This document shows positions 1 through 10,800 of a stretch of DNA of 64,000 nt, in pieces. The DNA lies in the NCBI GenBank assembly GCA_965223665.1, contig OZ245011.1:1056001-1120000 (forward strand). Direction: 5' to 3'. Position numbers and translations under genes: made by a program. The notes below the pieces were generated by a model. It worked only from the letters and a program-made list of their open reading frames with translations. It did no database searches and was not told the origin of the DNA. The stretch comes from Nitrospinaceae bacterium (GTDB lineage Bacteria; Nitrospinota; Nitrospinia; Nitrospinales; Nitrospinaceae). Each line of letters begins with the position of its first letter. Position 1 is the first letter of the stretch.

Positions 1-537
1 GCTCAACAAGTACGGTTTGGATTTGAAGGTGTAGCTGTTACCAAAGACGGTGATACAGAAGTAATATACGTAGCTTTTCAACGTGAATGGAAAGATGATC
101 CTGCAGGATTTGTCCGAATTGGTGAATACAGGACTGACGCGAAAAATTGGAGATTCTTTCACTATCCTTTAGATGCTCCTCCGACCGATGCCTGGGTCGG
201 GTTGTCAGAAATCGTTGCAAAAAATAACAACACCTTTTGGGTCATTGAGCGTGATAATCAACAAGGACACAAAGCAGTTGCTAAAAAGGTTTATGAATTT
301 TCCATAAATGGCATTACCCCCGCCGAACAGGGCAACTCTTTTCCGGTTTTATCTAAAACCCTGGTAGAAGATTTGCTTCCCCATTTAAAGAAACCCAAAG
401 GTTGGGTGCTGGATAAAGTAGAAGGCCTCACAATTGCCAAAGATGGACAGGTCTATTTAGTGACAGATAATGATGGATTAGATGATGCTCTTGGAGAAAC
501 ACAGTTCTTTTCACTGGGAAACGTTAATAAACCATAA
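1..537 (+). CDS. Esterase-like activity of phytase family protein (5' partial, runs off window)
   Basis: Frame 1 is open from base 1: RFGFEGVAVT...YVAFQREWKDDP...FHYPLD...WVGLSEI...VIERDNQ...DKVEGL...VTDNDG, typical motifs of this family. Confidence 0.85.
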   Translation, partial: AQQVRFGFEGVAVTKDGDTEVIYVAFQREWKDDPAGFVRIGEYRTDAKNWRFFHYPLDAPPTDAWVGLSEIVAKNNNTFWVIERDNQQGHKAVAKKVYEFSINGITPAEQGNSFPVLSKTLVEDLLPHLKKPKGWVLDKVEGLTIAKDGQVYLVTDNDGLDDALGETQFFSLGNVNKP

Positions 538-548
538 CTCTTGTCTAC

Positions 549-592
549 AAAAGTTATCCTAACGATCTACCAGAGACGTTAGGATAACTTTT
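549..592 (+). terminator. Intrinsic terminator-like hairpin
   Basis: Perfect 16-bp inverted repeat AAAAGTTATCCTAACG / CGTTAGGATAACTTTT just after the stop codon. Confidence 0.8.
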
Positions 593-621
593 AATTTTAA
601 CCTCAGCGAGACCTCTTTGGA

Positions 622-1260
622 ATGTTAAATAAATTATTAAAGTTAAAAATTAAAAAAAATTCACTTTTAAATTTAATTACAGTCTTTATTTTTTTATTCA
701 GCATTAATGAAACTTATTTTTACTCCATTGCAGAAAGCCAGGAGTATATAAATATTCAACGTAACGAAAACCTGATAAGCGCTAAAATTGAAGAAGCCTC
801 TCTTAGGGAAGTCTTATGGAAGTTATCAGAAATCTTTCCATTAGAAATTAATTTTAAGGGATCTCCACCTCAAAAAATTATTAGCTTAAATTTTTATAAT
901 CTTCAGATTCAAGAAGGAATTGAACAAATTCTCGAAGGAGAATCTTATGTAATCTTAAAGTTTGATTATTATAAAGAATATCCATTAAAAATTGTGATTC
1001 ACCCTTCCGCCTCCACCTCAAATTGCACTCCCGAGGAAGATCTATTTAAAAGGGACTCAGACCCACCCTTAAACAAAATCAAATGTTATATTCTTAGGGG
1101 AATTAATCCACAGTTAAGATTTTCTGCTTTAGAAGCACTGTTGGATCGAGGAGAAGAAAAAGAAATACGTGAAATCCTGGCACAAATGACTGTTGACCCT
1201 AACCTTCAGATCAAAGAATTTGCCTACCGATTGCTGGTTGAGACAGAAGAATTTAACTAA
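622..1260 (+). CDS. Hypothetical exported protein with secretin/TonB N-terminal-like domain and C-terminal HEAT-like repeat
   Basis: N-terminal hydrophobic segment; ISAKIEEASLREVLWKLS...ISLNFYNLQIQEGIEQIL; C-terminal PQLRFSALEAL...DPNLQIKEFA. Confidence 0.6.
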   Translation: MLNKLLKLKIKKNSLLNLITVFIFLFSINETYFYSIAESQEYINIQRNENLISAKIEEASLREVLWKLSEIFPLEINFKGSPPQKIISLNFYNLQIQEGIEQILEGESYVILKFDYYKEYPLKIVIHPSASTSNCTPEEDLFKRDSDPPLNKIKCYILRGINPQLRFSALEALLDRGEEKEIREILAQMTVDPNLQIKEFAYRLLVETEEFN

Positions 1261-1571
1261 TTAAGTAAAAACTTTTTAAAATATTCACCCTATTATAAAA
1301 TAAATTTGTCCCTGAATGGCTTTCATCTTACCTCTATTTTTATAATTTATATTTTAAATAAAATAGATTTCTTCTTTAATTATTTTTGTTTTCCTACAAA
1401 ACAACCCTATTTTTCTAACAAAAGTTTTGAGTAATTTTCGCCTTTTCCTAACATTTCAAAAAAAAACTTTAAAATTTACAAATTTTCTACTAGGTTTTTA
1501 TTGGGGTTAGCTTAGATTATTAATATAATTAATATTATACTTTTTCTAATCTCAAAGAATGGAGGTATTCA

Positions 1572-1742
1572 ATGGAAAAAGGATTAAGAATTGAAATATT
1601 TTGTTTTTTATTGGCCTTCTTGATTTTTTCTGGTTGTAGCGCGTTAACCCCTGGTCCAGATAAAGCACAAAGTGCTAATCAGAATAATGATTCTGTTTTA
1701 GCTATGGATTATGATGAGGAAGAGGATGACAATTTTGATTAA
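1572..1742 (+). CDS. Small (56 aa) lipoprotein with acidic tail, absent from the ORF track
   Basis: GGAGGT RBS at 1561-1566; MEKGLRIEIFCFLLAFLIFSGCSALTPGPDKAQSANQNNDSVLAMDYDEEEDDNFD*; lipobox FSG-C. Confidence 0.75.
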   Translation: MEKGLRIEIFCFLLAFLIFSGCSALTPGPDKAQSANQNNDSVLAMDYDEEEDDNFD

Positions 1743-1813
1743 ATCAAAATTCCACTTCTTACTTTCTTAGCATCCCGAAATTATGAGGAAAATTTTCAAG
1801 AGTTTTTATTCGC

Positions 1814-1859
1814 ATCCCTTGGTCCTAGGTAAATTTTGACTCACCTAGGATCAAGGGAT
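1814..1859. terminator. Long hairpin downstream of the small lipoprotein gene
   Basis: ATCCCTTGGTCCTAGGT / ACCTAGGATCAAGGGAT, 17-bp stem with one G-U pair; no strong U tract. Confidence 0.5.
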
Positions 1860-2201
1860 CCGGAAAGAAACCCATCCCTAGTTTCTTACCAAATATTTAA
1901 AAAGTATTATTTGCCTGTCTGTTCCCTCTTATTTCATTTAAACCAATTTTACTTTCAATCCGTCTCCATAAAATTTATCTCAACGAATTTAAAGCCTCAA
2001 TAAAATATTGTTTTTCGAACTTATTTTATTATTTTAGAGGAAAAATATCGGATTTCTTATAGATATTATCTTTTTAAATTTTATCAAACCAAAGTTTAAT
2101 ACCCTCCTAACATAAATCAAACACAGCTTTATTATTTATATAAACCTAGTTTTTTAACTATTTAAGAGTCCCTTGAAAATCAAACAACTCTATTAAAAAT
2201 T

Positions 2202-2543
2202 ATGAATAATAAATTTTTCTTAATATTTCTAGTCACATTATTTATCATCCTGGCCCAATTTAATTTGGTCTCCGCCAAAATAATCCCTCTTGACTTGGAT
2301 AACAGGAATCACATTGAGTTCGTTACCAGTGAACCCGTCGATCCAATGGTCCTTAGCTATACCCCTTCTCAATTAGTTAATCCAAGTAAAACTCAGTCCT
2401 TCAAACCTGGGAAATTAAATCGCAAAAAAAGTAACAAAGAAATTCGAAAAAAAATTAAACAATTCTTAAAAAAAAGAAAAAGAAGAAAAAGAGATACTTT
2501 CGTAAATAATTTCAATCTTGATTCTATCCCCTTTTGTCGGTGA
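2202..2543 (+). CDS. Hypothetical secreted protein with Lys/Arg-rich C-terminus
   Basis: Signal peptide ending VSA; basic tail. The 3' end may run into the adjacent pseudogene. Confidence 0.45.
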   Translation: MNNKFFLIFLVTLFIILAQFNLVSAKIIPLDLDNRNHIEFVTSEPVDPMVLSYTPSQLVNPSKTQSFKPGKLNRKKSNKEIRKKIKQFLKKRKRRKRDTFVNNFNLDSIPFCR

Positions 2544-2553
2544 CGTACCAATA

Positions 2554-2880
2554 CAAATTCGAGGACATTTGGTTATTCATTCCGAATTTGAAAAGAGTAA
2601 AACAGATCAGTTCCCAAAACAAGGGTAGTGGTGTGACGGTTCCCAATTTGTCCAAGAAGACCTGGTAAGGGAAAAGCCATTTTCCATTCGTTTTCACCGG
2701 AACTTTATCATCAGTTCGACAGCGGAACCCAGTTTTATTTCATTCCTTATTTTCGACTGGAAAGCGCCGATTCCAAACGAACCCATTTTGATTTGCGCAA
2801 GCTGGACATTTTTTATTTGATAGAGCGATGACAGTTTCTATCGGCGTACGCAAAGTGTTTTGGGGAATCACTTTGGACCT
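2554..2880 (+). pseudogene. Decayed fragment of a conserved outer-membrane protein gene
   Basis: Broken frames read FSPELYHQFDSGTQFYFIPYFRLESADSKRTHFDLRKLDIFY...ER*(TGA) then frameshift to IGVRKVFWGIT, resembling the RTHFDIREL...KVFWGVTES motifs of a widespread uncharacterised beta-barrel family. Confidence 0.6.
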
Positions 2881-3409
2881 GGTGCTTTTTTATTTTGTCA
2901 GAATCAGTCGCGACCCAATATTAAATTTTTGATTCAAAAATGGTAAGTTGGTATTGATCCCGTTTTATGAACAGATACGACAAATCAGCATCGGTACCCT
3001 TTACGTATAAGCGTTGGATCTTCGAAAAAGATCGTGGTTTGCCAGCATCCCACCCTTGCTCATTTTTTAAAAATAAGATCCAAGCTAGCTTTAATTTTTC
3101 TAAATCTGGGATTTGATTGGCAGCCATTTCCATCGCTTTGCGGTCTTTGTCCAAAATAAACAAATCAGTTTTAGTGAAGGTCCATAATCAATGCTTAATG
3201 AATATTTAAAGGCGCGCGCAACCTGTTTGCAACTTGTTATTTGACTAATAATTAAGGCCTAATTTCAGGTTCATCATTTTAAATATTTTTTAAGAGAAGC
3301 TTATTATTGAAAATAAGTAGTTTAAAAAAATAGGGTGATCGTTCAAATTGCTATTTGCCATTTTAGCTGCTACGGTTTGCTCTACGGAATTTGTCGATTA
3401 AGAAGAATT

Positions 3410-4219
3410 TCATTTAGCGCATCTAAAGCCAATATGAAAATTCTTATTTTCTGGAAGAAGTCTAAACCGGAAACTTGTTCTTAAAGTACTCGGTTCTCCC
3501 GACCAGGAACCCCCTCTAAGAATCTTTTCAGTTCCTTTTTTTGGACCAGGAGGATTATTTATGGAAGCGCTCTCATAATATTTTGAATCATACCAATCAG
3601 AAACCCACTCCCAAACATTTCCTGACATATCATACAAACCATATGCATTAGGCGGAAAACTGCCCACAGGCGAGGTTGTTGTATTTTCATCATCAAATTG
3701 ACTCAACTTCCAGTTATGCTTGCAGTTTTCATCACAAAAATTTCCTTTTAATGACTCAAATTTCATTCCCCAGGAAAATTTCAAGCCCTTCCCTCCCTTC
3801 GCCGCCTTTTCCCACTCCGCCTCGGTGGGTAATCGCTTTCCTACCCTTTGGCAAAATGAATTAGCTTCACTCCAAGTTATCGACTCAATAGGTAATTTTT
3901 CCCCTTTAAAATAGGAGGGGTTGTATTTCATTACTTTTTCAAAGTCCTCTTGCGAAACTTCAAATTGATCCATAAAAAATTCATCTATATGAACCTTGTG
4001 CCGAGGGTTTTCGTCAGCATACCAATCCCGACGACATATTTTGTAATACTTTTTACATTCTTTATAACCTTCATCATCAGGAGCTCCCATAAAAAACTCA
4101 CCCGATGGAATCAATACCATTCCAGAAGTCGGCTTCTCTTTATTTGCGAACGAAATCAATGGAGTCAAAAACACAGTTACTATCAAAATATATTCTAGGA
4201 GTATTAAATTTCGTTTCAT
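3410..4219 (-). CDS. Secreted FGE-sulfatase (SUMF1/formylglycine-generating-enzyme fold) domain protein, copy 1
   Basis: Signal peptide; FFMG, RLPTEAEWEKAAKGG, PNAYGLYDMSGNVWEWVSDWY, RGGSW, IGFRCAK; lacks the catalytic Cys pair of true FGE. Confidence 0.92.
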   Translation of the reverse strand: MKRNLILLEYILIVTVFLTPLISFANKEKPTSGMVLIPSGEFFMGAPDDEGYKECKKYYKICRRDWYADENPRHKVHIDEFFMDQFEVSQEDFEKVMKYNPSYFKGEKLPIESITWSEANSFCQRVGKRLPTEAEWEKAAKGGKGLKFSWGMKFESLKGNFCDENCKHNWKLSQFDDENTTTSPVGSFPPNAYGLYDMSGNVWEWVSDWYDSKYYESASINNPPGPKKGTEKILRGGSWSGEPSTLRTSFRFRLLPENKNFHIGFRCAK

Positions 4220-4243
4220 ATAGAACTACTCTTAAATTACCGT

Positions 4244-4792
4244 TTAATTTGTTTTAATAATCTTAGCGAGCTTTAAAACCTTTGAGCTTATATAAATGTT
4301 TTCTTCTCGTGATCGTTTATAATTTATTTCAAAGTGTACTTTATTGTATTCGACATAAAAATTAACAATCCCTCCAGCCATTGCAAAATTGGGAGTATCA
4401 CTCACTGTCAAAACATTTGAACCTTGCAACCTTTTAATAATTTTTTGAAAGCTTCGTTCTTTTTCAGAACTTAGAAATAACATTTGACAGCACTTTATTT
4501 CCTTTAAGTTTTTTATTTTTCTGACTTCTAACCACCGGCTGTTATATTTTTTCTTGGGAAGTGATTTCAGTGCCCTCAATACAGGACTCTCCCCATAAAC
4601 AGCGATTCGAGTTACTTCTTTACTATTGGAAAACCGGGAATCCGGCCACTCCATGAAGGAAAAAAATTTAACCATAAAAGCCGCTTTAATTTGGTAAGCC
4701 AATGGACTTGTTCTTACAGGGCTATTGGCTTCGGAAACTCCTAGAAATAGAAGAACCACAACTATAATTAATTTTGAAATATTCTTATTCAT
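4244..4792 (-). CDS. YfiR family periplasmic protein, copy 1
   Basis: Signal peptide; YQIKAAFMVKFFSFMEWP, CQMLFLS, VLTVSD, GGIVNF, KVHFEIN, ISSKVLKLA. Confidence 0.92.
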   Translation of the reverse strand: MNKNISKLIIVVVLLFLGVSEANSPVRTSPLAYQIKAAFMVKFFSFMEWPDSRFSNSKEVTRIAVYGESPVLRALKSLPKKKYNSRWLEVRKIKNLKEIKCCQMLFLSSEKERSFQKIIKRLQGSNVLTVSDTPNFAMAGGIVNFYVEYNKVHFEINYKRSREENIYISSKVLKLAKIIKTN

Positions 4793-4878
4793 TTAAACTT
4801 TTCAATTCCAAAGGTAAATCGCGCAAAACTCTTTCATTTAGCAGTTATTTTCATTAATTTAATATTAAGTAAATTAAA

Positions 4879-7800
4879 TCAATTATTGGGGCCATACTCT
4901 TGCGAACAAATTCTATCCCCCTTACTTGTGCCTGCGGAAACCACCATGCATTCCATCTCTATTTCCTCAGATTCATTTTCATAAACCAGATATCTTCTAA
5001 AATAATTCTCAGATTTTTTAATTTTTTTTCTTTGCAATTGGTCCAGACGCATGCTCACTAAGGAATCCATCCAGTTAGGCAATATATCCTCAGTCACTAT
5101 TTTTCCGGATTCTAAAAACTCAAAAAGCTTAGCATTTAAAATAGGGCTGCCAATTTCAGTATCTAGAAGCTCCTCCAAACTTAGCTCGGTGAGTTGTTCC
5201 ATGATCAGGGTTTCGTTCATTTGGGCCAAATTGTAATTGACATTGATTATTTCTGAATTTACCGTGCTGGTTTCTTCAGGTTGGTTTTTAATATTTTCTA
5301 AAAGGTTATTGGTTCGATCATCAGGATCCACCGGTAAGTTAGAAGGAGGACCTGAAGAAATAATGGCGAAATTATCTCCAAAATAGATAAGATTATAATT
5401 GGCTCCGCCGTTACCATCATTGATAGCGAGAGTCCCTTGCGAAATGGGATAACTACCTATAGTTTCACCCAATGCACGAACTTGACTACCCAAAAAACTG
5501 TCCCCTCCGGCCAATGAACCGGCCGTAACACTAAAGGTCAGCGCAGGGTCGGGGTCTCCAACTATTTTACTCTGCCCGGAATTTGCGGTAATCGTAATTC
5601 CTCGTGGTGTGATGGTGAAATTGTCTCCAACGTAAGTGATGCTATAGTTCGCACCGCCATTACCATCACTCACCGTCAACGTGCCCTGATTGATTGCATA
5701 CGTTCCAACATTCTCTCCCGCCGCTCTGGCCTGACTGCCGGTTAACGTATCGCCACCCACTAACGTTCCTGCAGTAATCGTCTGTGTCAACGCAGGGTCA
5801 CTGTTGCCATATACTTTGGTTTGACCCGCATCTGCTGTAATCGTAATACCCCGTTGAGAAATGGTAAAATTATCACCGACATAAGTGATGCTATAGTTCG
5901 CTCCGCCATTGCCATCACTCACCGACAACGTTCCCTGATTGATGGCGTATGTTCCGACATCTTCACCTGCCGCTCTCGCTTGACTACCGGTCAACGTATC
6001 TCCACCCACTAAACTTCCTGCCGTAATGGTTTGTGTCAAGGCCGGATCACTGTTGCCATAGACTTTCGCCTGTCCCGCATCAGCGGTAATGGTAATGCCG
6101 CGTGGTGTGATCGTAAAGTTATCTCCGACATAAGTAATAGAATAGTTCGCACCCCCATTGCCATCGCTTACAGTAAGAGTTCCCTGATTGATCGCATACG
6201 TTCCAACATTCTCGCCTGCCGCTCTGGCCTGACTACCGGTCAACGTATCGCCACCGGCCAAACTTCCTGCAGTGATCGTTTGCGTCAACGCCGGATCACT
6301 GTTGCCGTAAACTTTCGTTTGACCCGCATCCGCTGTAATCGTGATACCTCTTGGCGTGATTGAAAAATTGTCTCCAACGTAAGTAATGCTATAGTTCGCA
6401 CCGCCATTACCATCACTTACAGTCAAAGTTCCCTGATTGATCGCATACGTTCCAACATTCTCACCAGCGGCTCTGGCCTGAGAACCGGTCAACGTATCTC
6501 CACCCACTAACGTTCCTGACGTGATCGTTTGCGTCAACGCAGGATCACTGTTGCCATACACTTTAGTTTGTCCTGCATCGGCTGTAATGGTGATTCCTCT
6601 CGGAGAAATCGTAAAGTTATCGCCGACATAAGTGATTGTATAGTTCGCACCTCCGTTACCATCATCTACTGTCAATGTTCCTTGATTAATTGCATAGGCC
6701 CCTGTATCTTCTCCAGCGGCTCTGGATAAAGATCCTGTTAACGTATCCCCACCCACTAAACTACCTGAAGTAATTGTCTGTGTCAGTGCAGGATCACTGT
6801 TGCCATAGACCTTACCTTGTCCGGCATCTGCTGTAATGGTGATTCCATTTGGCGTGATCGTAAAATTTTCTCCCACGTAGGTAATGGAGTAATTCGCACC
6901 GCCATTGCCATCACTCACTGTCAACGTTCCCTGATTAATCGCATACGTCCCCACATCTTCACCCGCGGCCCGTGCCTGAGAACCGGTCAACGTATCGCCA
7001 CCGGCTAAACTCCCTGACGTGATGGTTTGTGTCAATGCTGGATCACTACTACCAAAAACTTTACTTTGTCCCGCATCGGCGGTAATCGTAATGCCACGGG
7101 GTGTGATCGTAAAGTTATCTCCGACATAAGTAATGGAATAGTTCGCACCCCCATTGCCATCCGATACTGTCAACGTGCCCTGGTTGATGGCGTACGTTCC
7201 TACATTCTCACCCGCGGCCCGTGCCTGGGATCCGGTCAACGTGTCCCCACCGGCTAAACTTCCTGAGGTGATCGTTTGCGTCAACGCCGGATCACTGTTG
7301 CCATACACTTTGGTTTGACCCGTATCCGCGGTAATCGTAATACCACGTGTCGTGATCGTAAAATTATCTCCGACATAAGTAATGGAATAGTTCGCTCCAC
7401 CATTACCATCACTCACCGTCAACGTTCCCTGATTAATCGCGTATGTTCCAACATTCTCGCCTGCGGCCCGTGACTGTGATCCGGTTAACGTATCGCCGCC
7501 GGCCAAACTTCCTGCAGTGATCGTTTGCGTCAACGTCGGATCACTGTTGCCATAGACTTTTGTTTGACCGGCATCTGCCGTGATTGTTATTCCACGTGTC
7601 GTGATCGTAAAGTTATCTCCCACATAAGTAATGGAATAGTTCGCTCCACCATTACCATCACTCACCGTCAACGTTCCCTGATTGATGGCGTACGTTCCAA
7701 CATTCTCTCCCGCCGCTCTGGCCTGACTGCCGGTTAACGTATCGCCACCCACTAACGTTCCTGCAGTAATCGTCTGTGTCAACGCAGGGTCACTGTTGCC

Positions 7801-10800
7801 ATATACTTTGGTTTGACCCGCATCTGCTGTAATCGTAATCCCCCGTTGAGAAATGGTAAAATTATCACCGACATAAGTGATGCTATAGTTCGCTCCGCCA
7901 TTGCCATCGCTTACAGTCAACGTTCCCTGGTTGATCGCATACGTTCCGACATCTTCACCCGCGGCCCGTGCCTGGGATCCGGTTAATGTATCACCACCCG
8001 CTAAACTTCCTGACGTGATCGTTTGCGTTAATGCAGGATCACTGTTGCCATACACTTTCGTCTGTCCCGCATCGGCGGTAATCGTAATTCCACGGGGTGT
8101 GATCGTGAAGTTATCGCCAACGTAAGTAATCGAATAGTTCGCACCGCCATTGCCATCGCTTACAGTCAAAGTTCCCTGGTTGATCGCATACGTTCCGACA
8201 TCTTCACCTGCGGCTCTCCCTTGACTGCCAGTTAAGGTATCTCCACCGGCTAACGTTCCTGCAGTGATCGTTTGGGTCAATGCAGGATCACTGTTGCCAT
8301 AGACTTTTGTTTGACCGGCATCTGCCGTGATTGTTATTCCACGTGTCGTGATCGTAAAATTATCTCCCACATAAGTGATGGAATAGTTTGCTCCGCCATT
8401 GCCATCACTTACAGTAAGAGTTCCCTGGTTGATCGCATACGTTCCGACATCTTCACCCGCGGCTCTTGCCTGACTACCGGTCAACGTATCACCGCCGGCC
8501 AAACTTCCTGACGTGATCGTTTGCGTTAATGCAGGATCACTGTTGCCATACACTTTGGTTTGACCTGCATCGGCGGTAATCGTAATGCCTCTTGGTGTGA
8601 TGGTGAAGTTATCGCCAACGTAAGTAATCGAATAGTTCGCACCGCCATTGCCATCACTTACAGTAAGAGTTCCCTGATTGATGGCGTACGTTCCTACATT
8701 CTCACCAGCCGCTCTGGCCTGACTACCGGTTAAACTATCGCTACCCGCTAAACTTCCTGACGTGATGGTTTGCGTTAACGCAGGATCACTGTTGCCATAC
8801 ACTTTTGTCTGCCCGGCATCGGCGGTAAGAGTGATCGGGCGTGTATTCACCGTTAAGGTGCCATTGGTGAAACTGATGCTATACCCTAATAAATCCGCCA
8901 GCGTTCCCTGCGTTATAGGATACGCACCGACATTACTGGTAGACGTGGCTGTGGTTGTTAGACCTCCAGTAAGTGCCGTACCTGCTGTGTCTCCATCGAT
9001 ATATCCGGAAGAAGCAAAAGTTAGTGCAGGATTACTGTCTCCATAGGTTCTGGCTTTGTCATCGGCGGTAATGGTTAAGGTCGGAGCGATATTGTAAAGC
9101 ACTCCATTATCGGTTGCTAAAAAGTTGCCCGGAATGGTGGGATACGTCGTATTGTATCTTTTTTTATCAGGAACCAAACCGCCTAAGGTCGTGGTTGCAG
9201 GGTCTGATGAATAAATCAACCACCGACCGGAAGCGGCTGATAACGCCCCGGCCCCGGCATTATTGATAAAATCTCCATTATTGGTCGTGGCGATCGTTAA
9301 ACTGTTTCCCGATCCACTGGCCGTTAACACGGTTCCACTGTCCAGTGTGATATCGCTATCTGCCGTCAATAAAATACTGGTTGCATTCACTGCCCCACCA
9401 TTGACCGTCAACGTGGAACCCCCTCCTGTGGCATCTACGGTTAATGCATTGCCCACAGTCGATGCAGCCAATGTGGTTGAAGTATTGTTGGTTAAACTGG
9501 CATCCCCGGTACCTGAAGTTGTAAAACTCACTGCACCTGAAAGTGCATTCGTTGCCGTATCCAGGGTGATCGATTGGTTCGCCAGGTCTGTAGTGAAACT
9601 CGAAGTCCCGCCTACCGTCAAAGCCCCGCTGTCAGTAATGGCGCCACCGGTTGTGATTGTCAGATTCTGACCCACACTCGACGTTGCCAGATCCACTGCT
9701 GTGGTGCCGTTATCCAAAGTCACTCCACCGGTTCCGGATGTGTTAAAAGTCACAGCACCGGTCAAAGCATTGGTCGGGGTGTCCAGGATAATCGATTGAT
9801 TCGCCAGGTCGGTGGTGAAACTCGAAGTCCCACCTACCGTCAAAGCCCCGCTATCCGTAATGGCGCCACCGGTTGTGATTGTCAGATTCTGACCCACACT
9901 CGACGTTGCCAGATCCACTGCTGTGGTGCCGTTATCCAGAGTCACTCCACCGGTTCCGGATGTGTTAAAAGTCACAGCACCGGTCAAAGCATTGGTCGGG
10001 GTGTCCAAAGTAATCGATTGATTGGCCACAGTGGTACTGAAACTGGAGTTGCCCGTTATCGCCAAGGCTCCACTATCCGTAATGGTACCTGCCGAGTTAA
10101 CCGTTAACGTTCCACCCAATGTTGAAGCGGCTAGTATGGTGTTGGTTGAGTCTGTTATAGATACTGCTCCGGTTCCGGAATTGAGAGTTATTGCCCCGGT
10201 AAAATCATTTCCACCATTAGTTAACGTGATCGTATCGCTTCCTGTCACCGTCAAATTGGAAGTTCCGTTGACATCGAAGTTATTTCCAAATCCTCCCACC
10301 TGAGCAATGTCTCCACCGGCAGTAATCACAAGGTTGCCTAAATTGGAAATGGAAGCCACTGTTACATCCGCCGCTGTATTGGTTCCCGAGTTTAAAGTTA
10401 AATGATTAGTAAATCCGGTCACCGCACCAATGTTTATAATACTGGCCGCTCCATTACCGGAATCGAAGGTGGTATTTCCTGTCAGTGACAACGCCCCAAT
10501 ATCTATTTGGGTATTGGTGGTATTAATCGTCCCGGCAGAAGAAGTGACACCGGCTGTCGTGTCCAGTCCCCCGGTGAAAGTAAGCGTTTTGGCATCATCG
10601 TCCAGTAACTCCACTCCCCCTGTATTGAGAAAAGTGGTGTCACTGGTCACTGTGCTGTCATCATAGAAACCGACAAAATAAGGTTGGGCCGTAGTCACCA
10701 GACTGGTAAGCGTCGTCGGTCCCATGAAGCTGATCGCACCGGTGGTATCGGTAACACTCACTGTGGTGGCCGTGGTGGTTCCTGAAAAAAATGTATCGCC

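Noticed and set aside
3410-3530. Diversity-generating retroelement acting on the FGE-fold (CLec) genes
   Set aside because: The 3' ends of the two paralogs differ mostly at synonymous sites, not in an adenine-specific way; no non-coding template repeat or reverse transcriptase is in the window
5355-8840. CRISPR array
   Set aside because: Repeats are 249-nt in-frame coding units without spacers; no cas genes in the window
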